A stretch of 64,000 nucleotides of DNA, taken from Eledone cirrhosa (taxonomy: Eukaryota). A program made the translations under genes and the position numbers. The notes beneath the pieces were generated by a model that did not search any database, was not told where the DNA came from, and worked only from the letters and a program-made list of their open reading frames with translations. Positions 12,631 to 25,129 of the stretch are shown piece after piece (positions within the stretch are counted from its first letter, which is position 1; the number at the start of each line of letters is the position of its first letter). The stretch covers positions 122,450,001 through 122,514,000 of the forward strand of contig OZ024745.1 of NCBI GenBank assembly GCA_964016885.1, given 5' to 3'.

Positions 12631-14198
12631 TGTTAGTGTTGTTTCTTCATGGCTCCGATGAACAATGGTAAATACATTACCTCGGAGGATGGCAAATGAG
12701 ATGTTCTAAGGTAACCAGTACACCGCATGGAATTAGTTCGTTCCTGCAAATGGACAACTCCATCCTGATTATAAGTATGGAACTGGTTCAGAAACCCAGG
12801 ACACTAGTTTCCACAAGAAACATATATAACGTGCTCAGTAATATGGCAGCTTCTGATATTCAACATGTCTGACACGGAGCTAATGTAATTTCACTGAGTT
12901 GATACTGGATAAGTTACGCTGCAGGTTACACATTAGATAAATGGTATTAAAGATTGTTTGGTAGGATAACTTAAATAATTTCATTGTTATTTTGTGTATA
13001 CAGTGTGTGTGTGTGTCCCGGGTTATTTGCAGAATTTTCCTTAGAAAATAACTACTAATTGTTCGTGGAAAGCGGCGCATATTCACAGCATTGTAAATAT
13101 CTTGCGCGGTTTTTCTATGGCTTTTTCGTGGCAATATATATTTTCCACACACACTTTTTAAAGCGAAATTATTAATAACAATATACCGTAAATAATATTT
13201 AATAACAAAAATAAAAATAGACCAACATAAGATCGATAACTTTTGATTTAAAAAAAAAAAATCTTGAAAGGTTAGCAAGAGTTATTTCCCTTGAAATTAA
13301 ATTTACAATTTGATTATACTTTTTACCATGGATTTTTTTTTTTCTCCTCCAAATTGAAACGAGGGCGTCACGATTGACAAAGAAGACTTGCGAAGTTGAA
13401 TAGCCAATGCTGCGAGTTTCAGCAACTGTTCTCCATAGAAATACCGTCTTCATATTGTACGACGTGCGCTCTTGAATTATGCTGCCCAGTCAAGAGTGAA
13501 GAGTTCCCCTTTCCCTATTTCTCCCTCCTTTTTAAAGATTTATTTTTGACACTATGGCATTATAAATGTAGTCTTTATATAAACATTTCTGGGAAGAATT
13601 TTAAAAAAGTTTTTTGATTATGCAATGTTAATAAGTATTTTTACTGTTATGTAGTTGCTTAGACTTCCCCCTGAAGTTTATACCATATAGATTATATACC
13701 ACACTAGATTATATTGGATTTCTTACAGAAGTTCACTTGGATACCAAATCAACCTTCTAAACTTCCAACACACGTGTAGATGGCCTGCTGTTTGTCTTAT
13801 TATTGGTAGAAATGAGGAAGTGTGGTTCTAGGGAGATTTAGCTGCAAGTTCTAGCAGGTCAAGTGATGACCACTTAGAGGTTATATCATTATGTAAAATA
13901 ATCGAACTTATCCAGTTAATAAGTAAGTTCTTATCAGTTCAAATAGAAGAATAATTGATTTATTTATTTCTCTATAATGTCGCATAGAAATGGCCTCTAC
14001 GGGACTAGTACTGTTTCATTCGTTTGAAATCATATTTGGCTTTCTGGATTATTCCAAATTAATGAAATAGTTCTAAGCCTATAGAAGTCAATTCTATATG
14101 AAATAAATATATAACTTCTCTACTAACGTACTGAATACCTTATTTACCACTATCGTTCCCTTCAAAACACTATTCTTAAATACAATATATATATATAT

Positions 14199-14371
14199 AT
14201 AATAATTGTTTCTACTTTTGACAGTACATTACTGGTACTTTATTTTATCGACTCCGTAAGGATGAAAGGCAAAGTTAACCTCGGTGGGATTTGAATTCAG
14301 ACTGTAAAGGGACGTAACTATGCTGGAAAGCATGGCATCCGACCCTCTACCGATACTGCCAATCCACCGCC
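14199..14371 (-). mobile_element. SINE family A
   Basis: Reverse complement of the family A pattern. Confidence 0.85.
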
Positions 14372-14430
14372 CTTTATATATATAATAATACAAGGATGCT
14401 TTGTTAAGCCATCATTACGTTTATTGATTC

Positions 14431-14513
14431 GTGATGCTCATTTCGCTATTGATCAGCTCAAGGTTCGATCTGTATCGATTTGGCCTGACACTGGAACCAA
14501 AAGCTCGTCAGAC
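14431..14513 (-). ncRNA. Hammerhead ribozyme-like motif with weak stem I
   Basis: CUGACGA-GCUUUUGGUU..GAUCAAUAGC-GAAA-UG(AG)CA-UC. Only 2 bp of stem I. Confidence 0.5.
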
Positions 14514-14639
14514 CTGTGCTGGTGTAATGAATCTAAACATCGAGTGCTCACCTGGGTGAACCTACAGTAACTTCACGTTACACTCCCTGGATATATATAT
14601 ACACACTCACATACATTATGCAATATATGTGTGTATATA

Positions 14640-14920
14640 TATCCAGGACCTTCTCACTCCTGTTGAAGGAATCCCTCCCTGGTTGACCTCCACCTCTTCC
14701 TATCTCTGGCCATAATGGGCTATGAGGGACCAGATCATTCTGCCATCTTACCTTTAACTGCCCACTACTGTCTTCTGTTATCTCTGAGATGAGAGACAAG
14801 GCCAGCCAATCTTTGGTGGCCCTTATTGATGGTCTCGATCATGTCTGTCACTCAAGTCTGCTGTCGAATCCAGACATTTTCTTGTCACGTAAGGTGATGC
14901 CGAGAATAAAATACCACTGA
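14640..14920 (-). mobile_element. RTE LINE C-terminal fragment
   Basis: Minus-strand ILGITLRD..WIRQQT-like and GRG..P remnants. Confidence 0.55.
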
Positions 14921-15112
14921 TATTTTATCTGTCAATCCACCACACTTTAAATTGTTGAATATATATAGAATATTCTATAAGCCTGGTATTTCCAGGATCT
15001 CATGCTAAATACTATATTAATGTAGCACTATACTACAGCTAAATATTATATAACAGTACTATACTACAGCTAAATACTATATAACAGTACTATACTACAG
15101 CTAAATACTATA

Positions 15113-15237
15113 TAATTGTTTCTACTTTTGGCACAAGGCCAGCAATTACCCAGTACATTACTGGTACTTTATTTTATCGACCCCCGTAAGGATGAAAGAC
15201 AAAGTTAACCTCGGCGGGATTTGAACTCAGACTGTAA
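15113..15237 (-). mobile_element. SINE family A, 5'-truncated, inside a short ~31-bp tandem repeat
   Basis: Core and tail present. Flanked by tagtactatactacagctaaat units. Confidence 0.8.
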
Positions 15238-16077
15238 TGATAGTACTATACTACAGCTAAATCTGTGTGTGTGTGTGTGTCTGTGTATTACCTATAGGGG
15301 CCTACATCTTACGACCGATTTTCATGAAACTTTACAGGCTCATAGATTACTCATAGAGGAGTGTTTTCTATATATCAGCATATCGTTTTTTTTATTCCGG
15401 GGTCATTAAATATACCTTGGAGGAGGCCAGTTAAACCTGCATAGGTGTGAGCTGTCACAACAACATATAAAAGGACAATTTGTTATGTCTTCATTATGTT
15501 TATTAATGAAGACATAACAAATCGTCCTTTTATTATATTTACTCTGTTTAGTTCTACACCTCGTTACAGACAGGAATCTACGCATTGAGTGCTCACCTGG
15601 GTGAACCTACAGTAACAGCACGTTACACTCCCTATATATATATGTGTTAGGTAATTCCGAAGGAAAAGCAAAGGAAAAAAGAGTGCTCTATGTATAGAAC
15701 AGAGCTATTTAATTAGAAAGTGAACAACACAGTATATAATTACTCCATTACCAAAGGTTTCTGGATCCCAGACAAAAATAATATATATATATATATAAAT
15801 ATTTATATATATATACACATGTGTATATATATATATATATATAGTCTCTCTCTCTCTAAGAAGTCAGTTGTTGTCAATCCCAGAGAAGACTGGAACCTGT
15901 TGGTTTTAAAATGACCATGAAAATCTGTCTGTTACAACGACACACACACAACTCTCAGTAGTTGATAGTTCAATAATAAATAAATAACTATACTTCCTTA
16001 AACTTTTGTGGACACTTGGATGCTTCAACAAGCTTCAAAATACTTCTAGCATCCAATACACTTCAAGTTAAACAAAT

Positions 16078-16262
16078 AACTGTTTCTACTTTAGGCACAA
16101 GGCCAGCAATTACCCAGTGCATTACTGGTACTTTATTTTATCGACCCAGTAAGGATGAAAGGCAAAGTCAACCTCGGTGGGATTTGAACTCAGATCGTAA
16201 AGGGACGTAACTATGCTGGAAAGCATGGCGTCCGACCCTCTACCGATACTGCCAATCCACCA
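16078..16262 (-). mobile_element. SINE family A
   Basis: Full head, core and tail on the minus strand. Confidence 0.88.
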
Positions 16263-16328
16263 AATAACAATAATCAAATTGGATAGTAATGGTAAATAGA
16301 CAAACATGCTTCACTTTTGTTGGATGTT

Positions 16329-16510
16329 CAGTATCAGTAGAGAGTCGGACACCATGCTTTGCACATAGAGTTACGTCCCTTTACGGTCTGAGTTCAAATC
16401 CCACCGAGGTTAACTTTACCTTTCATCCTTACGGGGGTTGATAAAATAAAGTACCAGTAATGCACTGGGATAATTGCTGGCTTTGTGCCAAAAATAGAAA
16501 CAGTTAATTA
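16329..16510 (+). mobile_element. SINE family A (inverted partner of 16078-16262)
   Basis: Full head, core and tail. Confidence 0.88.
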
Positions 16511-16569
16511 ATAGACTTGCCATTGTATTCCTCCATTTTGATATATTAAACTCATCATATAATAATTTA

Positions 16570-16770
16570 GCAGTGGACATTTCTGGTGTCCTTGGCCCTC
16601 GGGCCATCTCCCTACTCACCACCATCGGCACAGAGTTGGCTACCTGCAGGTGTAAGCCTCAAGAGTTGGAACGGCTCTTCTAGCGCATCTCGCTCATCAT
16701 CCTCTGGAGAAACGCCTTCTCTATTCTGTCCGCCGGGGATGCAGGGTGGCCAGTGCATGGGACCCCATTG
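16570..16770 (+). mobile_element. CRE-like RLE retrotransposon C-terminal fragment
   Basis: VDISGVLGPRAISLLTTIGTELAT..ERLF*RISLIILWRNAFSIL resembles the CRE-clade end ET.G.WGP.A....IG..L....LFQRLS.AIQRGNA..IL. Confidence 0.6.
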
Positions 16771-16840
16771 CTCATAATAGGGAGAGCTGGAGGCAGTGAC
16801 AGTAGGAGTTTGGTTCCTTTGTGTTCAGACCTGGTGTATA

Positions 16841-17188
16841 CAGTATACCCCCAGCATTCGCGATCCCGGTTATTCGCAGAATTTTCCTTAGAAACTAAGT
16901 AATAATTGTTCGTGAAACCACCAGATACTCGCAGAATGATAAATATCTTCCGCGATTTATTTTATGGCTTTTTTCGTGGCCATATATATATTTTTGACAC
17001 TGAATTATTAATAACAATATACTGTATTTGCTGGCCTATTGGACGCTCCAGCACATAAAACACTCCCTCTTTTTTATTATATTTTGACGTTTATAAGCAT
17101 ATTTATGGACCATGTCAAATATTTGTGGTTTTTCACTCTTCGCAGGTGTTCTAGGAAGGTAACCCCCACAAATACTGGGGGACAACTG
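16841..17188. mobile_element. Tigger/pogo-like MITE with TA TSD (other copies ~13000-13200 partial, 47761-48260 inverted)
   Basis: TA-cagtatacccccagcatt ... aatactgggggacaactg-TA. Confidence 0.8.
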
Positions 17189-17263
17189 TATGTATATATT
17201 TATTTACTGCACTTACACGCACACACACACACATCACCTGGTGCCAATATTATTTAGCTTTAT

Positions 17264-17450
17264 TGATTGGCAGTATTGGTAGAGCGTCAGACACCATGCT
17301 TTGCCATAGAGTTATGCCCCTTTACGGTCTGAGTTCAAATCCTGCCATGGTTAACTTTGGCTTTCATCCATACTGGATTGATAAAATAAAGTACCAGTAA
17401 TGCACTAGGGTAATTGCTGGCCTTGTGCCAAAAGTGGAAACAAATTATTA
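17264..17450 (+). mobile_element. SINE family A
   Basis: Full head, core and tail. Confidence 0.85.
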
Positions 17451-17459
17451 ATTTTCTTT

Positions 17460-17770
17460 TATCAGAAAACAGTACAGCTCCCATGACTTTTAGAAACATT
17501 TTTGCTGAAGCATGGAACAAATTACCTGCATCAGTTGTTAGCTGTCAGGACACTGCAACCTTGAAAACTTCTATGCTTCCTGAAATTGCCAACACTACAC
17601 CTGATATTCCCCCTCCATACACATACATGCATGTATGGTGTGTGTGTGTGTGTGTGTATGTGTGTGTATAGCATGAATCATACACTGTTCACTTTCCTGA
17701 TATTTGTACATTATTCTATGTACTATGCATGCACCTTTGATGAGTTGTAATGCACCCGAACACTGTACAC
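17460..17770 (+). mobile_element. CR1-like LINE 3' end
   Basis: EAWNKLPASVVSCQDTA, homologous to 57320-57982. Confidence 0.75.
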
Positions 17771-18782
17771 AGAGTCACCCCAGTGGGATTTCTAGTAATG
17801 TAATTTTTTTTGTCATGTATAATGTTTTTTAGTGTATAAAAAAAATTAATTGTTGCTGAATGTTACTACTTAAAATAAAATTTTGCTGGATTTAATAATT
17901 GGGGGGTGGAATAAGAGCAAGGGTGGTAGAAAAACCTGAAAAAATAATAAGCGGGGGAGGAAGTAAGTAACGGTGCATGTATTAGTAAATTCACACTGTT
18001 ATTGTAGCATTTAAGATTTAAGTTTTCTTAGATCTGGTTTTAAATGAAATAAGGCAGCGAAATAACAGAGTCGAAATAACCAGGCGTCGAATCATTTCAG
18101 CATTTCTTCCACTTCATTGTGCTCTCAATTCAAATCCTTCTCAGGTCAACTTTGTCTTTCATCCTTTCAAGGTCCATAAATAAAATACCAGTCCAGTACT
18201 GACACTGGTTCTTCCTTCTTTTTCTCTTTATTTCTTTCTTTCTCTGGAAAACAAATCAGCTGTATTTCAACCTAGAGAGGAATGGTATGATGTATCAGGT
18301 TTGTGCCCATATGACTCTATCAACAATTAATCTTCAGCACGCTAGAAATTTTTATGAATTGCTTCCCTTGATACTGTGTTATGTATTAAGGGGAGATTAC
18401 TCTAGAAGGTTAAGGACTCTTTACTTTAAAATGAAATCTTTATCTTTAGAAGGTTAAGGACTCTTTACTTTAAAATGAAATCCTTATCTTTAGAGGTAAG
18501 GGTTATTCATTCAAATTCATAATTTTCTGCACCTAGACCATCGTCCTTCATGATTAAACTTCTAGATGTTTCCAATACGCCACAAGTACCTCTCTCCTTT
18601 GCTAACTGATCTATATGCAATGGTCTTTCAAATAATCAATTGGATCAATAAAAATAATTTGGCTCTGGTTGAATATACATCTAGTAAATCAAACAAGACA
18701 GGCTTGTCTTTTTCCACCTACTTCGTTAGCTAATCTATATACATTGTTTATTTATAGACAGTATATTATTTGACTGATATTA

Positions 18783-19210
18783 TACCATATTTCCCAGCGC
18801 CGAAGACGCTTCGTCCTCGAGGACGTCAATAAGGAAGTGGGTGTACAATCAGTGGTAAATAAATAAATAAACACGTGTTTACTATTCTAAAATAATTGTA
18901 AAATTTAAATTTAAATCAGGATTGGTTCCAACTACAGACAACAACTGATATTGCCAAAACAAGTTATAAGTATGTCTATCACTTTCCTAAAGATATATTA
19001 TAAGGATTTCATTAATGAAAAGCTTCATTTAATCATGACTCTGCATATGTACCATATTTCCCGGCACCGAACACGCTTTGTCCTCGAGGAATTTGAAAAA
19101 AATAATTTGAAAAAAAATAACAAACAACCTTTGGCCTCCAGGACATATGGCAGATTTTTTAGACTTATTTTAGGAAAAAAGTAGCATCTTGGACGCCAGG
19201 AAATACTGTA
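18783..19210. mobile_element. Tc1/mariner-type MITE
   Basis: taccatatttcccagcgccgaagacgc ... gcatcttggacgccaggaaatactgta TIRs, with an internal repeat of the left end at ~19049. Confidence 0.65.
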
Positions 19211-20362
19211 ATTCAGTAAAATAGTTACTCTCAGGTTTTGAATAACCATTCCACCCAGCTCTTATTAATTTTTCAAATCCCCCTTCCTTGCTTAATATTT
19301 CTAGTGATATTTTATTTTAAGTAGTCACATTCCTGTGGTAGTTAATTTTCTTTATACATTAAAAAACATTATACATGACAAAAAAAGAACATTACAAGAA
19401 ATCTCATATGTTATAAAATTAATAAGATGGGTTGGGGTCTCAATATGTAAACTAAACAACTAATTCCAAAAATTAGGTAGTAACATGTGCTTACGCCATA
19501 TTTTACTAAATACAATTAGTCTGTTAGTTGGGATTTAAAAAAACCCCTCTGAATGGAAAAAAGGATGAGTATTGATGGACATGGAACACAAACCCACATC
19601 TTTGGTTTGACCAATGTGCTACCATTACACCAACATGCCACACATGCTTCGTTCCATTCAATTAGTAGCTATAGCAGGTATATATATCTATATAAATAGG
19701 GAGACACAAAGCAGATTTTAATAAAATCAATGGAGATAACCTAGAAAAAATTACCCCAGTTTTCAACAATCCCCTCCCCCCCACACGTTATTTCCACCAC
19801 AACCCCTATTATTTGGGACCCAAGAGTAGGTTTATAATTTAGATACCCTCTTTAACATATGTGACAGTCCCTGCTCTAGCTTAATGTGGCCCTACCAACA
19901 CTTCCTTTAATCTTTTGGAGGCTGAATTTTTTAATGAATTACTTCCCTTGATACTGTATTATGTGTTAAGAGGAGATTACTCTATTGGTGACATATTAGT
20001 ATTATATTGCTGTTTCTCCTTTGATCAAAATAGTTAGTAAACTCTTTCAACATCGAATTCATTGACATATAAATTAAAAGTGATGCGTTTTCAATTAAAA
20101 CTAGTTCTGTTTTAATTTATATAACTTACCTTATTTATAACATCTGATCAATAACTTATTAACCTAGATCTTAGATCTTTACAAAGTGCTATCCTTTATT
20201 TCATTAATATAATTTAGCCAAACCTAAATCCAATTATCCAATTAAGGGCAGAATATTGTTTATATTAAATTAAGAGAAAGACTGAATAATTTAAATGAAT
20301 ATTGTCAATTACATTTTTTCCAATTTTTTTCAATTCCGCCGTCTTTCTAATTTCTCATTCTT

Positions 20363-20398
20363 TCTTCTGATGAAGGACTAGCGTCCGAAACGTTAAGA
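20363..20398 (+). ncRNA. Minimal (Penelope-type) hammerhead ribozyme
   Basis: UCUU-CUGAUGA-A-GGAC(UAGC)GUCC-GAAA-CG-UU-AAGA. Palindromic ACGU stem III. Lies downstream of a FINII*PNLN remnant. Confidence 0.7.
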
Positions 20399-20490
20399 CC
20401 CTCTTCCTGCTATTTCTAGCGTTAAACTAATATATTCCTTCCATATACTGTTCCGATTGTGTTGTTATTTCTGTTTACCTTTTACAAACA

Positions 20491-20527
<37 letters not shown>

Positions 20528-20591
20528 TATAGGTATTTATTTAACAATGAAAATAACAACAACAAAGTCAAGTTATTTTACCTATTCATAT

Positions 20592-20687
20592 CATTGTTTT
20601 ACGATCGTTTCGGAGGGTTGATCATATTGACATATTGTCTGATCTATAGCAGTTATATAACTGTAACCATCTTCTTCGGAAACTATG
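20592..20687 (-). ncRNA. Decayed hammerhead motif
   Basis: GUUU-CCGAAGA..long stem II..CUCC-GAAA-CGAUCG-UA-AAAC. U4C change in the core. Confidence 0.45.
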
Positions 20688-20813
20688 TTTGACTCTGTAT
20701 CTAAGGAGCTCAGCGGAACAAGGAAACTTTCTAAGGATTTTACTGGATTACTCGCCATCAGGTTACATTGAATTCTATCCATGGTACGGACCCTACCACA
20801 CTGAAATATATAT

Positions 20814-21149
20814 CATCATCATCATTTTACGTCCACTTTTCCCTGCTTGCAAGGGTGGGACGGGAACTGATTCTGGCTTGATTTCTACAGCTGGATGCCC
20901 TTCCTAACACCAACCTCATTTACAGTGAGTGCTGGGTGCTTTTTTGCCATGGCACCTCCACGACCACTTTGCAGTGGATTGATAGGGACTCCAGTCCCTA
21001 TCATCTCATTTCTACAGCTGAGTAAACTGGAGCAATGTGAAATAAAGTGTCTTGCTCAAGGAAACAACACATCACCTGGTCTGAGAATTGAACTCACAGC
21101 CTTTCGATTGCAAGGCCAATGCTCTAACCACTAAGCCATGTGCCTCCAT
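20814..21149 (-). mobile_element. tRNA-derived SINE family C with RTE-type tail, full length
   Basis: Head ggaggcacatggcttagtggttagagc..gagttcaattctc, ccttgagcaagacac domain, tail matching the RTE end at 61615-61663. Confidence 0.88.
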
Positions 21150-21651
21150 TTATTTATATATATAGTGAGTATAAATATATAAATAAAGTTAACATTATCT
21201 TCATTATCCTAATCTGTCTGCTGCAAGGCAAGACTCTTTAATCTGGTGCAAATTGGTCTTACTGTGTTCAGAACTCATCAATACAGCACTCATAAACTAA
21301 TCAATCACATCTCTCTATTTACTTCTTTCTGCTGCCTGTATGAGCTTCTTCTCCACTCAGTCTCAGTTTTGTGCACAACTTTGTCCATTTGTTTTTCTTT
21401 TATGTTTTAAATGTCATATAAATTATTTTGCTCTCCTATCTATTGAAAATCTTCTCTATCCTTTTTAGTGCCTATCACATATCTTTCCATATTACTTTAT
21501 GTTCAAAGTTTCTCCTCCATAGTTTTAATCCCCCTTCCCCCACCCATGTCTTTACTCCATTGGTAATTACTGGTATGATACACCGGACAAATATTTAGGC
21601 TCCAGGAGAGGAACTCAGGAGAGTCAACGGCCAGCCAATAATGTGCATATA

Positions 21652-21688
<37 letters not shown>

Positions 21689-21949
21689 GTATATGTGAGT
21701 ACTGGGTTCAATTGGGGGTAACTACAATAAGTAAGGTACTCAATACATAATAGAGTATATACAAGAATTTAATATAGAAATGGCTTCTACAGGACTAGAA
21801 CTGTTTCATTCGAAGGAAACTGTTCTAGTCCTGTAGAAGGTATTTCTATATTAAATTCTTATATATATATATGTATGTAGGTGTGTTTTATATAAATCTG
21901 CATATATGGAATCTGAGGGTCTAGCCTAAGATCACTTTCAGTGATCCAT

Positions 21950-23930
21950 CAGTAAGATCCTCTGTGTCTGAGCAGCCATGTTTAGGAGAGCACTGCTTAC
22001 CCCTTCTCAGGAGAAAGGACTAGAAAAGGTGCCTAAAAATTGTCTCTCAATAGAAACTGGTCAGTACACCATTACTCCTTTACGTGGTGCAAAGGTATAT
22101 ATATATAAAAGTAGGTTGTTAGAATATCATTACAAGACTCTGAGAATTGTAGAGAGAAAGACAGCAATTGTTGTTTCCTCACTGGAAAGATAGAAGATGG
22201 CTATTATTTCACGGAGGAAAGTCATTTGGACAAACTGAAGCATTATATGATTTATTGGACTGGAAATCCTGAAGATGTAATTTAGGAGTATGGAGTTGAG
22301 TTGGTTATAAAGAAAGAGATATTTATCTTTCTTGAAGAGGTGCTTCGAGTGTAAATGAGAGGAATGTGTTAATGAGACTTCCACTTGGTGGAGGTCATAA
22401 AAGTGTCTGGTGAGTGGTTAAGCTCTCTTGCTTAATCCTGCTTATGAAGTTAAGTTTTAGGAATCACTAAGAGAAATTTTGTTAGGTGTTCATAGAAATG
22501 ACAAGTTGTTTTTCATGGGCAATTTTAACATGCATGTTGGGAAGGGTTTAGTCAGACATAGAATGATCTTGATTCAATGAACAGTAAAGGGTTGCAGCTT
22601 CTCCTATTATGTGCTGACCTGGAACTTGCTATTAAGTTGATATTTAACAGTTGATGGATTCATCCCAGGTCACACAAGAGATATCTCATATATTATGTTA
22701 TCTGTTTCAGGTGTGATATTCAAGATAAAGGAAACACTAACGTTTACAGAGATGCTGATTGTAACACATATCATTAGCTTATAAGATTTAAAGTTACCCT
22801 GCATATAAGCCTTGCAAAGTGCACTAATTGTTCTACTTTGGAGGACCTCTAAATCTGTGAAGAAATGGAGAATATTATAGATTTACTGGAGTTTGATAGG
22901 ACATAGAAAGATTTTGAAAATAAGATTTACTGTGTATCTCGTGAAAGGTTAGGGGTTGTTATGCGAGTAAAGAAATTGCTTCCAGGAAAAGAATGATCAA
23001 ATTAAAGAGCTTTTAGCACTAAATGAGACGCAAGGGACCAAATTTTGAAAGCTGGAAAATCATTTCAGAATTATAGAGGTTTAGCAACTTCTTTTAACGA
23101 TACTAAGGGGCAGGTGCAAAGAGAAATAAGAAAAATGAAGGATGACTAGTGGAGAGTTATAATATCAGAATTGAAGAGCTGCTTTGTGGTATAAATGAGA
23201 GGATGATGTAAGTTGGGAGTATGACGTTGAGTTTGCTATAAAAAAAGAGATATTTATCTTTCTTGAAGAGCTGCCTCGAGTGTAAATGAGAAGATTGTGT
23301 TAATGAGACTTCCACTTGGTGGAGGTCGTTAAATGTCTTTGGTGAGTGGTTAAGCTCTCACACTTAATGTTTCTTATGAAGTTAAGATTCTGGAAGCAGT
23401 AACTAGAAAGGATGTTTTCAGGTTTCAAATGTCCAGGGTGGCACCTCTGAGGTCTAACGAGGAGATGTCCTTTTTTGATCAGAGGTGAATCCATGAACAT
23501 TATATATGTATCAGGGATTCTGCTGTGATAATGAAGTATTAGGAAGAACACTACAAGGATTGCTTTCACAACCCATCTATGGTGGATGATACTATAAATG
23601 AGAATTTACCCCAATTGACAAAGAGTTGAATAATATTGAATAATATTCCATTTATGAGGGTGTTTGATGTATTAAAATAAAGGGAAAGCTCCAGGTACAG
23701 ATGGCATACTTACAGAAGTACAGGTGTTTTGAGGAGATAAAGGCAAGCAGCTGTTAAATGACATATTTGATTCCATTTGGAATGGTTCTCCGGTGATGCA
23801 AGATTGGAAAGATGCAGTTGTGGTCCCACTGCTCAAAAGGTAAAGGCAAAAAAAGATATTTGTGACCACATCAGGGGTATTTTGTTGTTAGGCCATTGTG
23901 GCTGTCCTTAATGAGGTCCATTTAGCTGGG
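21950..23930 (+). mobile_element. Highly decayed RTE (BovB-like) LINE, endonuclease to start of RT
   Basis: Remnant motifs GNFNMHVG, WIHPRS, KGKAPGTDGI, QDWKDAVVVPL and ICDHIRGILLL. Internal duplication of ~22270-22460 at ~23215-23395. Confidence 0.7.
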
Positions 23931-24348
23931 ATTTATGTGTGAGTATATCTTACCTTATGAGAAGTAATGAAGAAGAGAAGGGAGATGACTGGAGAACAAG
24001 AAAGAGGGTGGAGAAGTACTGGAGGAGAGACAGGGGAAAAAAAGAGAGAAAAATACAGGGAGAGGGTGAAATAGAGAGCGAGAGAGAGAGATAGATGTAA
24101 GTGGAAAATTGACATTAAATGATGATACATATATGTGTGTGTGTATGCATACATACAAATAAATATGTATGTATATATATATGTATACATACAAATATAC
24201 ATATATATATAGGCATAAATATATATGTATGTATATATACAAATATACATATGTACATATATACAAATATATATATAATGTATATATATATATATATATA
24301 TCATCATCATCAACATTGTTTAACGTCCATTTTCCACATTATGTATAT

Positions 24349-24395
<47 letters not shown>

Positions 24396-24590
24396 ATATA
24401 TATATATATATATATATAATAGAATATAAAAGGAAAGCGAACACAGATATATAGATATATGTGTTCAAATCATAAAGGACCAGATTCGCTAAGGTGAAAA
24501 GAATACTAACTATGGACAATTGGGTTTGTTTGTCTCAATTTAAGAAAAAATTAAGAAAATAAATACAAACCGGAATTGTGGTAACTACCA

Positions 24591-24665
24591 ATCACCCAGA
24601 CAACTTGGTGTTTCGCAATGTTAATTGTGAATAGAATTACCAATTCAAGCTCATCAGTGGGTGAT
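24591..24665 (-). ncRNA. Type I hammerhead ribozyme, intact core
   Basis: AUCACCCA-CUGAUGA-GC..GC-GAAA-CA(CCAAGU)UG-UC-UGGGUGAU: perfect 8-bp stem I, 3-bp stem III, GUC cleavage triplet. Confidence 0.8.
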
Positions 24666-24933
24666 GAATTAGTATCCTAGACACTTCTAAGTATATTAAG
24701 AAACTGAATAGTGTGCTATATATAAAATAGCGCACATGGTATCCAATTGTCTATAGTTAGTATTCTTTTCACCTTAGCGAATCTGGCCCCTTACGATTTG
24801 AACACATATATGTATATATCTGTGTTCGTTTTTCTTTAATATTCTATTATAATATACAGCTCGGAAATATCTCTTTCTTAGAGCTATTTTGTTGTAAGAG
24901 ACCTTTTTGAGTTCCTAACTCAATATATACCTT

Positions 24934-24968
<35 letters not shown>

Positions 24969-25129
24969 TATCTACAAATATATATCCTTCGGGACATATC
25001 AAAGGACTGAAAAAAAGGAGGTAAACTTTGTTCCATCATTATGTTTTTCTGTTTTTTCTGTACAAGTTCTAGCTGTCTGATTGTACCATAACTGTTGAAT
25101 AATGGTTATCACTGAAATATATATATATA

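Noticed and set aside
21075-21149. tRNA gene candidates (heads of SINE A, B and C)
   Set aside because: A/B boxes run into SINE bodies and tails, with no complete cloverleaf.
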